DNA of 34,037 nt, from assembly GCA_007123265.1 (NCBI GenBank), contig SKLK01000273.1, forward strand, positions 1 to 34,037, in the 5' to 3' direction. This DNA is from Kiritimatiellia bacterium (lineage in GTDB: Bacteria > Verrucomicrobiota > Kiritimatiellia > SLAD01). This document shows positions 9,408 to 17,451 of this stretch, piece after piece; position 1 is the stretch's first letter; each line of letters begins with the position of its first letter. The notes beneath the pieces were generated by a model. That model had not been told where the DNA came from, did no database searches, and saw only the letters and a list, made by a program, of their open reading frames with translations. Position numbers and translations under genes: made by a program.

Positions 9408-10454
9408 ATGATTGTCTTAGGTATCGAGTCGTCCTGCGATGAAACGGCGGCCGCTATTGTCGAGGACGGCCAGCAGGTGCGCTCCTCCGTAGTCTATAGT
9501 CAGATCGCCGCTCACCGCCCGTATGGTGGCGTGGTGCCGGAGATTGCTTCCCGCGCGCACGTCGACGTGATCGCCCATACCATCCAATCCGCCTTGGACG
9601 AGGCACAGGTGCACTGGTCCGATATTGACCAGATCGCTGTAACCCGGGGGCCCGGTCTTGCCAGTTCCTTGTTGGTCGGCGCGACGGCCGCTCAGGCCCT
9701 CGCTGCACGAACAGGCATTCCATTGTATGCAATCAATCACCTGGACGGGCACGTCTATTCGGTCTTCCTCTCACCTGAAGCCCCGACGCCGGATCAGGCC
9801 TGCCCGCTAGTCGTTTTGCTCGTCACCGGCGGCCACACGATGTTGGTGCGGGTGGACTCCCTCTCCCATTTTCATTTGCTGGGACAGACCCTTGATGATG
9901 CCGTCGGCGAGGCATTGGATAAAGGTGCCACCTTGTTGGGCCTGGGCTATCCCGGCGGCCCGGAAATCGAGAAAGCGGCTGCGACCGGACGGCCCGATCC
10001 GCAGCTTTTCCCGCGCGGGTTACAAGGGAGTCGGGGTACAGTGAGCGGCGGGCTCCCGCGTGACCGCTGCTTTAGTTTCAGCGGATTGAAAACCGCGCTC
10101 TTGTATTGGCTGCGGGACCAGCCCAACCTCCCTGCCGAAGCCGACTTGGCCGATGTCGCGGCCAGCTATCAGGAGGCTGCGTTTGCCGCCCTGCTCGATC
10201 GACTGGAGCGCACGGTGAAAGACGAGGGCGTCATGTATATGGCCTGCGTAGGAGGTGTCGCAAAAAACCGCCGTTTGCGCGCACAGTTGGAGACCGTGGC
10301 TGATCGGCTCGGCGTTCAATTACTTGTTGCCCCGATGCCGTATTGCACCGACAATGCCGCCATGATCGCCGGCATCGCCGGCGCGCGCACCTTGGCAGGT
10401 ATCCCGTTACAAGGGCTGGAAGACATTCAGCCCAGTGCACCGCTCGGCGCCTGA
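9408..10454 (+). CDS. tsaD: tRNA N6-adenosine threonylcarbamoyltransferase
   Basis: LGIESSCDET, YGGVVPEIASRAH, GPGL, NHLDGH metal ligands, GGHT, DDAVGEALDK, FSFSGLKT and TDNAAMI. Confidence 0.96.
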   Translation: MIVLGIESSCDETAAAIVEDGQQVRSSVVYSQIAAHRPYGGVVPEIASRAHVDVIAHTIQSALDEAQVHWSDIDQIAVTRGPGLASSLLVGATAAQALAARTGIPLYAINHLDGHVYSVFLSPEAPTPDQACPLVVLLVTGGHTMLVRVDSLSHFHLLGQTLDDAVGEALDKGATLLGLGYPGGPEIEKAAATGRPDPQLFPRGLQGSRGTVSGGLPRDRCFSFSGLKTALLYWLRDQPNLPAEADLADVAASYQEAAFAALLDRLERTVKDEGVMYMACVGGVAKNRRLRAQLETVADRLGVQLLVAPMPYCTDNAAMIAGIAGARTLAGIPLQGLEDIQPSAPLGA

Positions 10455-10461
10455 GCAGCCA

Positions 10462-12276
10462 TCACTCCCCGCGCTGGCCGTGAAAATGGAAACGGCGCTC
10501 AAAATGCATCGGCACCGCATCCCGCCCATAGGCCACGTTGAGCCCGAACTGTCGCGTCACGCGCTGAATTTCGTCCATCAGATCCGGGTCCTGTGTGCGG
10601 ATGTGCTGGCCAATTAAGTAATACAACCGTTGCCAGGCCCATAACGTACGGATCGCGGGAGCACCGGCTCCGGCCTCGTCAAAATCAATGCGGAAAAACA
10701 TATCCTTCATGTCGGCCCCGCTGCGACCAACAATCTGGACAAAGGCCTGTCGTACATCGACGGGTTTACGGCCGTACACAACGAGTGGGCGATCGAGATA
10801 AAGATGCGTCAAACTTTCGGGATACACCTGAAACCGGTCGATATCGCCAGCCCATTGCATGCGCAGGAACGTTAAGACCGGCCGACTTAACTCGCGAGCC
10901 AACTGGGCCATCGAATCAGGAATTTCTTCCCGCGCAAATGTCATAATCGTGTCACCACGATTCTTGAAGCTGAGGAAATCGAGCAAGTATTCGTTTACCT
11001 GAGGCCCGCCACCTATCGTAAACACGGATACCGCACCGGCATTGGCCGCGGTAAAGGACTCCAATATGGTGGTGCTATCCACAACCCCCGTCGTCGGTAT
11101 GCCGTCACTCACAAGTACCGCCAGGGTTGGCCGGGCGGGATTCACTTCCATCGCCAACAACGGCTCCAACGATCCGAAGACATCTGTCCCTCCGCGCGCC
11201 CGCAGCCCTTCGATGAAGGTCGCTGCCCGGGCTTGACTGCGCGGATTGAAGGGACGCAATTCGCCAAACGCCCGCTCCACGTGGTCCCTAAAAGCAATCA
11301 GATCGACTCGGTCATCCGCCGACAAACTATCCAGCCAAGCGTGCCAGCCGTGGCGCGCCTGATAAATGGTCCGCTGAGTCATGCTTCCCGATGCATCCTG
11401 AATCAACAACACATCCCGAGGCAGAACCGGCAATCCTTCGTGATCGATGCTAAATATGCGGATTTGGAAATACTCGTAGCCGGGATCGGCCGGATCACTG
11501 AATGTTTGCACCTCCAGCGCCAACAATTGTTCGATGGGGGCAATGGCCGTGATTTCCTCATCCTCTTCCGTGACAGCGTCGACACGTTCCACGGTCGTTT
11601 CTGGTGCGTCCTCCAGGTCAGGATCGATTGCCCGCTGTCCCACACCGAACGCACGCCCCGGCCCTGCCTCATTGGCGGCCCAAGCCTGTCCCTGCAACCA
11701 CTGTGCGCCCCGCTCCCGTTGTGCGCCAGCCAGCGCATCCCCTGGCACCGCGAGGTCCGGGGCATCCGGCACACGTTCAACATCCGGGATCATTCTACGG
11801 GCGAAGGTGGCGACATCGTCCGGGACGATTCGGTCCCGGATATGCACCAAATCCTGGCGGGCATCCCACAACGGCCGCTCGGCCACTGCCGCCAATTCAG
11901 CCAGCGCCCGATCTTCACCAGCCAACGGTTGACCGACATCCGCGGTAGGAGGCGGCAGGAATTCCTCTACCAGTGCTTGAAACGATTCCGGGGCCAGCAT
12001 TTCCGGCATGAAGGTCGAGGCATCGCGGGCTTCGAAACGAGCAGGTTGCTCCACTGTCCGGGGCACGTCGACCTGTACGTCCCGCAAAACCAATGACCGG
12101 ATCCGGCCATCTTCATCGATTGTGGCCAGGCGGCCAACGGGCATCGGCGGGGCAAAATGGATCAGGGCCGCATGCGCCAACAACGAGACCAGCGCGGCCG
12201 ATGCCGCCACCCACCCGTGTCGCTGCCGGGGCCGGGCGCCCAAAGGGCCCGGCCCGATATCCTCGCGAGCCACCAT
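10462..12276 (-). CDS. Membrane-anchored VWA-domain protein (VIT/ITIH-like VWA module)
   Basis: N-terminal TM helix with SLLAH, a long acidic/Pro linker, an intact MIDAS (DASGS...GGTD...SDG), VFTIG and NEYLLDFLS...RG, then a C-terminal domain with RTLWA. Confidence 0.8.
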   Translation of the reverse strand: MVAREDIGPGPLGARPRQRHGWVAASAALVSLLAHAALIHFAPPMPVGRLATIDEDGRIRSLVLRDVQVDVPRTVEQPARFEARDASTFMPEMLAPESFQALVEEFLPPPTADVGQPLAGEDRALAELAAVAERPLWDARQDLVHIRDRIVPDDVATFARRMIPDVERVPDAPDLAVPGDALAGAQRERGAQWLQGQAWAANEAGPGRAFGVGQRAIDPDLEDAPETTVERVDAVTEEDEEITAIAPIEQLLALEVQTFSDPADPGYEYFQIRIFSIDHEGLPVLPRDVLLIQDASGSMTQRTIYQARHGWHAWLDSLSADDRVDLIAFRDHVERAFGELRPFNPRSQARAATFIEGLRARGGTDVFGSLEPLLAMEVNPARPTLAVLVSDGIPTTGVVDSTTILESFTAANAGAVSVFTIGGGPQVNEYLLDFLSFKNRGDTIMTFAREEIPDSMAQLARELSRPVLTFLRMQWAGDIDRFQVYPESLTHLYLDRPLVVYGRKPVDVRQAFVQIVGRSGADMKDMFFRIDFDEAGAGAPAIRTLWAWQRLYYLIGQHIRTQDPDLMDEIQRVTRQFGLNVAYGRDAVPMHFERRFHFHGQRGE

Positions 12277-12283
12277 GTAGAAT

Positions 12284-13705
12284 CTACCCCTGCAGGTTCA
12301 TTAAGAATTCGGCATTGCTCTTGGTCTTCTTCAGTCGGTTGATCAACAACTCCATGGCCTCAACAGCCGGCACATCCTTCAAGGCCTTGCGCAAGATCCA
12401 TATCCGATTCAATTCATCCGGATGCAATAGATTTTCTTCCTTTCGCGTGCCGGACTTTTCAATATTTATGGCGGGGAAAATACGTTTGTCGACCAGATTC
12501 CGATCCAGCCCCAACTCCATATTGCCCGTTCCTTTGAACTCTTCGAAGATGACCTCATCCATACGGCTACCGGTATCCACCAGCGCCGTAGCGATAATCG
12601 TCAGACTTCCGCCGCCCTCGATGTTTCGGGCGGCACCGAAAAAGCGTTTAGGCTTATGCAAGGCATTGGCATCCACGCCCCCCGACAGGATCTTGCCGCT
12701 GTGCGGTTGCAAGGTATTATAGGCGCGAGCCAGACGTGTGATACTATCCAAAAGAATCACCGCATGCTTGCCGTTCTCCACCATGCGCTTGGCCATTTCA
12801 ATCACGATCTCCGCCACTTGAACATGGCGTTCCGGCGGCTCGTCGAATGTCGAACTCAGCACTTCCGCCTTTGTATTCCGCTGCATGTCCGTCACTTCTT
12901 CCGGCCGCTCATCAATCAAGAGGACGATGAGTTTGGCATCCGGATTATTTGCGGAAATACTATTGGCCATTTGCTGCATCAACACCGTCTTACCGGTTCG
13001 AGGCGGCGCCACAATCAAGCCGCGCTGGCCCACGCCAATCGGAGTCAACAGATCCATCACGCGCATCGAAATATTTTCCGGTGACGTTTCCAACACAAAC
13101 CGTTTATCCGGGAACAAGGGGGTCAGATGTTCAAACGGAATAAGGTTCTTGGCGGAATCCGGGGCCTTTTCATTGATGTGCTCGACCTTGAGCAGGGCGA
13201 AGAAGCGCTCCTTCTCCTTCGGTGGCCGGATTTCACCATCGATAAAGTCACCCGTCCGCAACCCGAATCGTCGGATTTGTGACGGCGACACGTAGATGTC
13301 TTCCGGGCAAGGCAAATAATTGTAGTACGGAGACCGCAGAAACCCGAAGCCATCGGGCAGAATTTCGAGGATACCTCGACCGAACAACCGTCCGTTTTGC
13401 CGCGCATTTGCCTTCAGAATCTCAAATACCAATTCGTGCTTCACCAGCGCACTCAATTCAGACAGTCCCAGACTCTCACCAAATTTTACCAGGTCAGGCA
13501 CCGTTTGAACTTGTAGCTCATGCAGCAACAGTGTCGGGCCCGGCGGCAATGGGTTCCCGTTTTCGTCGAGAACCTCCTGACGCTCCACCACCTCTTCGCC
13601 ACCCCCGTCCGGCCCATTACCCCGGTTACGGTTCTTTTGGTGATGACGACGTCCCGGACGCCCACCCGAGCGGCCACGATTTCTTGATCGTTGTTCTTCA
13701 GCCAT
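12284..13705 (-). CDS. rho: Transcription termination factor Rho
   Basis: [26 protein letters not shown], Walker [31 protein letters not shown] and [11 protein letters not shown], plus a roughly 55-aa N-terminal extension. Confidence 0.98.
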   Translation of the reverse strand: MAEEQRSRNRGRSGGRPGRRHHQKNRNRGNGPDGGGEEVVERQEVLDENGNPLPPGPTLLLHELQVQTVPDLVKFGESLGLSELSALVKHELVFEILKANARQNGRLFGRGILEILPDGFGFLRSPYYNYLPCPEDIYVSPSQIRRFGLRTGDFIDGEIRPPKEKERFFALLKVEHINEKAPDSAKNLIPFEHLTPLFPDKRFVLETSPENISMRVMDLLTPIGVGQRGLIVAPPRTGKTVLMQQMANSISANNPDAKLIVLLIDERPEEVTDMQRNTKAEVLSSTFDEPPERHVQVAEIVIEMAKRMVENGKHAVILLDSITRLARAYNTLQPHSGKILSGGVDANALHKPKRFFGAARNIEGGGSLTIIATALVDTGSRMDEVIFEEFKGTGNMELGLDRNLVDKRIFPAINIEKSGTRKEENLLHPDELNRIWILRKALKDVPAVEAMELLINRLKKTKSNAEFLMNLQG

Positions 13706-13709
13706 AGTC

Positions 13710-14318
13710 TTACTTCTCCTTTTCCAAAATTGTTTGCCAAACGGACTCGGTCTGGCGCGTTAGTTCACTTATCGTTCCTTCATTCACAATCACGTAATCG
13801 GCCCATTTCATCTTTTCCGCGACCGGCCACTGCGCGGCAAGGCGCTGTCGACACTCCTCGTGGGAGAGTCCGCGTTCCTGCAATCGTTGCCACATCACCT
13901 GCTCCGAAGACGCCACACACAACACACAATCAAAATCCTTTTCCACCCCTACCTCATAGAGCAACGGGATGATGACGCCCCGCGCCGGTTTACCACCGTC
14001 CTCCGTAACGTTCAGCCACGACCGCCAGACCTGACGAACATGCGGATGCACCAATCGATTCAGTGCTTCGCGGTCCTCCGCAGAGGCGAATACGCGTGGT
14101 CCCAAAATCTTGCGGTCGATGGTTCCATCGGCATTAAGAATCGTTTCGCCAAAATAATTTCGTACGTCCTCATAGGCTGGCCCACCCGGGGCCATCACTT
14201 CATGCGCCACTTGATCCGCGTCCAGGATCGCCACGCCCTTTCCAGCTAAGATCCGTCCCACGGCGCTTTTCCCACAGGCAATACCGCCGGTAATTCCTAC
14301 TGTAACGCTGTCTGACAA
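13710..14318 (-). CDS. coaE: Dephospho-CoA kinase
   Basis: [12 protein letters not shown]-loop, DAD, IDRKILG, LNRLVHP, IPLLYE and ADYVIVN. TTG start. Confidence 0.95.
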   Translation of the reverse strand: MSDSVTVGITGGIACGKSAVGRILAGKGVAILDADQVAHEVMAPGGPAYEDVRNYFGETILNADGTIDRKILGPRVFASAEDREALNRLVHPHVRQVWRSWLNVTEDGGKPARGVIIPLLYEVGVEKDFDCVLCVASSEQVMWQRLQERGLSHEECRQRLAAQWPVAEKMKWADYVIVNEGTISELTRQTESVWQTILEKEK

Positions 14319-14338
14319 TCTCTTTTCCTCGCACGCCC

Positions 14339-16360
14339 TTACCGTTCCGGACGATACTCAAAGCCCTGATCCCGCAGGGTTGTCACCACCCGAATCACCT
14401 CTTGCGCCTGGTACTGACCGGGAAACAAGGCGACGGCTGCCCAGGCCAATCGCTCCGCCTCCTCGAGGTCACCTTCGGACAATGCCTGTCGGGCAAAGAT
14501 CGTGTGTTGATCCGCTAGTCGCTCGTCATCACGGGATCTGATCCGAAATAGCCGATACTTGGTATTACTCGCCTCTTCTTTGAACTCAAAATAGCGTGCC
14601 GCATGCGGATCGTACTCGAACAATCGTGCGGGCGCCGTTTCCGGCGGCTCCACAGCATCGACGAAATAGCGCATTTGCAGCTCCACATGGTGCGGGTAAA
14701 ACTCGCCCAACGCATACACAAAATAGTAGGCCCCATGCTGGTCTGCCCAATCCCTGAACGCTCGTTCGTCTCCCGTAAACAGCTTTCTGCCATATTGTTC
14801 AACGCGTTCTCTAATTTCCGGTGTTTCGAATTTCGGATGCAATACAATCGGACAATTTCCGTATGCCAATATCGATGCGCTCACCCCGAAGTTCGCTAGC
14901 ACCGGTTGTTCATTTCCATAGTGTCGCAGCCAATCGGTCAATTCCTGTAACTCACGATAGTACACATTGGGCCGACCCCATCGCCCCGGCTCCTCCCACA
15001 CCCGCGCCGCTTCAACCGCCCAGCCGAGGGCAAGCAGGGCGGCGAACAGATACACGGTCCAACTTCGTTGTTCCCGGGCGGAAGCCCAACAGCCGCCTAA
15101 CCATGCACATGCAAAAAGTCCCAGATAAATATGAAAGCGTACAAACAGGATATAAGCGAGGACAGACAGTATCAGGAAAAAAAAGATGTGCGCGGCTGTC
15201 GGCCTTGTCAATATACTCGAGGCATCGCGGCGTTTCCGCCAGCCCATCACGGCCAACCCGCTGGCAACCACTATGAGCACGAGAGTAGCTGGAAACAGAA
15301 TCCATGTCAATGACCATGTTGCCGAATCCAGTGCCGGCACCCACATGATGCGCTGATTAAACGTGAGTAGGGAAGGATCCATTGGTTTCACATTGAGAAA
15401 CCGGATCTTCGCGACCAGCAGTTCGGCGAAATGGCCGTAGTTCGCGCGATACCCATGGGGCACGAGCGCAAACAGTCCCCAAGGGACGGCCATGGCCGCT
15501 ATGCCCCGCCACCGGGGTGCGTGGCGCACGTGCTGCACGGCCATGCGAAGCAATAATCCATAGACCAGCAACAACGTCGGCGACATCCACAAGCCATGCG
15601 AACGATGGTAGGGTGAGAGCCATGCCACGAGGACAAGGCCGGCGGCCGGTGCCCCCCACCGCCATTGCTCCCGCAGGGCGTCGCCTGCTCCGCGAAAAAC
15701 GCGAACGCACCAAACGATCACCCACAACGCAGCGTAATACTGGATCATGTCCCAGGTCAGCAAGGCCATCCCTAAACCCAACGCGGAACCGATGACGGCC
15801 CAAATGGGACGGGGGCCGCTTTCGGACTCCCGCCAAGCGTGCAGCCAGAGGTGCGCAATCAGGAACGGAAAGGCAAAATTCTCCCGTGATATTTCGAGGC
15901 CGCTGGAACGGATCACCGTAGCCAACGACACCGCAAAGAAAGCGCCGGCAATGAAACCTGCCGAGCGTGACCGGGTCCACGCGAAGACCCATGCCGCCAC
16001 CAGCGGTGCCGACAAAGAGAACCAGACGATCATGATCCAGCGCACCCGCAGCGGCAGGGGCAACTCGCCGGGTAGTAGTCGCGCAAGGTACCCGTACACA
16101 TACTCTGCCAGCACGGTATCGGTTTTAAAGACATCAATACCATCCGGAAACTGAATCATCGGATCATGGGAAGGGATTCCTCGGCCCTCATATACGCGTT
16201 CGGTCATGCGAAATTGCAGCGCACTTTCCAACGTAAACGGCAATGCACCATCCAATCGGGCCTCATTCGCGTGCAATATAACGCCACGCGACGCGATGGC
16301 GAGCAGCCAAAGTACCAGCAATCCCGCGATCCAGAATATGTGTTGTTGTTTCGACTTCAT
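14339..16360 (-). CDS. GT-C fold polytopic glycosyltransferase, DPY19 (C-mannosyltransferase)-like rather than canonical STT3/PglB
   Basis: About 12-13 hydrophobic helices followed by a soluble C-terminal domain. Motifs FTLESALQF, DPMIQFPDG, RENFAFPF, WDMIQ, HFAELLVAK, FVRF, ELTDWLR, PIVLHPKFE...IRER and NTKYRLFRI. No WWDYG motif. Confidence 0.75.
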   Translation of the reverse strand: MKSKQQHIFWIAGLLVLWLLAIASRGVILHANEARLDGALPFTLESALQFRMTERVYEGRGIPSHDPMIQFPDGIDVFKTDTVLAEYVYGYLARLLPGELPLPLRVRWIMIVWFSLSAPLVAAWVFAWTRSRSAGFIAGAFFAVSLATVIRSSGLEISRENFAFPFLIAHLWLHAWRESESGPRPIWAVIGSALGLGMALLTWDMIQYYAALWVIVWCVRVFRGAGDALREQWRWGAPAAGLVLVAWLSPYHRSHGLWMSPTLLLVYGLLLRMAVQHVRHAPRWRGIAAMAVPWGLFALVPHGYRANYGHFAELLVAKIRFLNVKPMDPSLLTFNQRIMWVPALDSATWSLTWILFPATLVLIVVASGLAVMGWRKRRDASSILTRPTAAHIFFFLILSVLAYILFVRFHIYLGLFACAWLGGCWASAREQRSWTVYLFAALLALGWAVEAARVWEEPGRWGRPNVYYRELQELTDWLRHYGNEQPVLANFGVSASILAYGNCPIVLHPKFETPEIRERVEQYGRKLFTGDERAFRDWADQHGAYYFVYALGEFYPHHVELQMRYFVDAVEPPETAPARLFEYDPHAARYFEFKEEASNTKYRLFRIRSRDDERLADQHTIFARQALSEGDLEEAERLAWAAVALFPGQYQAQEVIRVVTTLRDQGFEYRPER

Positions 16361-16451
16361 TTCAGCATCCGCGCGTGCCTATCCGGCCGCTACGTGTGGA
16401 TGGGTACTTATCCTTCCCCCACGGGCGATTCAGGGATGTCGCTTGCGCGGG

Positions 16452-17324
16452 TCAAAAGAGGGTCGGCGAGGCGACCGCTTTAGCCAACGACTTGAACTCC
16501 ATGCGCTGATAGAAGGCATGCAGCATGCGCGCATCCGCGCGCCCCACCTGCCAATTATCCCAATCAGGATTCACCGGCAGCTCACACTGCAAGCGCGTCA
16601 TGGTCAGGTTCCGCCATACGGCTTCTTCATGTTCGCGCAAGGCGACCGCCAATTTCTCCCGTGCCACCTCATTCAGTCGCGCATATAGTTCGTCCAACGA
16701 GCCAAACGACGTCAACAATTGAGCCGCTGTCTTCGGGCCGATCCCGGGCACCCCGGGAATATTGTCCGCCACATCCCCAACCAGCGCCAACCACTCGGCC
16801 ACTTGCGATGGCTGAACACCCGTCTTGGCCTCGACCTCAGCTGGTCCCATGCGCACCTCGGACTTGGTCGGCGGAATGATGCCGATACGTCCACTGGCCA
16901 GTTGCAACATGTCCTTATCGCTGGTGGCAATCAAACTGTCGCAATCGGCATCCACCGCTTTCTGCGCAATCGTCGCCAACAGATCGTCGGCTTCGCGACC
17001 ATCCTCCATCACGTAGCCGTAGCCTGCGCCACGCAAGTACTCGTGAATCAAATCGAACTGGCCGACCAAGGGTTCAGGCATGGCCTCCCGTTGCGCCTTG
17101 TACGACGGCAGTGCGGCGATTCGTTCTGCGGCCAAGCCACCATCAAAAACGGCACAGACATGACTTGGTTTCCAGTGTTGCACCAACTGTTCTGTCATCC
17201 GGATAAAGCCATACAACGCGTTCGTCGGCACGCCGTCCCGCGTGGATAGTTCGCGAATGGCATAATAGGCTCGGTACGCAACGGCATGACCGTCGATCAG
17301 GAGTAGACATTTAGTTGAACTCAT
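16452..17324 (-). CDS. Stand-alone 5'-3' exonuclease / flap endonuclease (Pol I N-terminal domain only)
   Basis: LLIDG, PTNALYGF, VFD, YKAQR, EADD, SDKDMLQL and the H3TH motif LVGDVADNIPGVPGIGPKTA. It ends after about 290 aa with no polymerase domain. Start placed at ATG 17324. Confidence 0.92.
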   Translation of the reverse strand: MSSTKCLLLIDGHAVAYRAYYAIRELSTRDGVPTNALYGFIRMTEQLVQHWKPSHVCAVFDGGLAAERIAALPSYKAQREAMPEPLVGQFDLIHEYLRGAGYGYVMEDGREADDLLATIAQKAVDADCDSLIATSDKDMLQLASGRIGIIPPTKSEVRMGPAEVEAKTGVQPSQVAEWLALVGDVADNIPGVPGIGPKTAAQLLTSFGSLDELYARLNEVAREKLAVALREHEEAVWRNLTMTRLQCELPVNPDWDNWQVGRADARMLHAFYQRMEFKSLAKAVASPTLF

Positions 17325-17398
17325 GTGCGCAGGCTCATTCCCACCGGGCGTCACGCCCAGCGGCGTGGCGATGCGGCCTCCCGCTCGTTCGCTGTACC

Positions 17399-17416
17399 GG
17401 GCGCGTTGCCGCGCCC
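17399..17416 (-). other. GC-rich GNRA-loop hairpin downstream of the secretin gene
   Basis: Minus strand GGGCGCG-GCAA-CGCGCCC, about 35 nt after the secretin stop. There is no U-tract, so it is not a canonical intrinsic terminator. Confidence 0.35.
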
Positions 17417-17451
17417 CGAAGTCCAGCCCGCGATTTCATCACGGTGCGAGA

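Noticed and set aside
9735-9755. HLDGH instead of HxEGH in TsaD as a sign of inactivation
   Set aside because: Both metal-binding histidines and all other motifs are intact, and the change is conservative.
14339-16360. Canonical PglB/AglB N-oligosaccharyltransferase
   Set aside because: There is no WWDYG motif and no recognisable DK/MI motif. The RE and HPxFE motifs fit DPY19 better.
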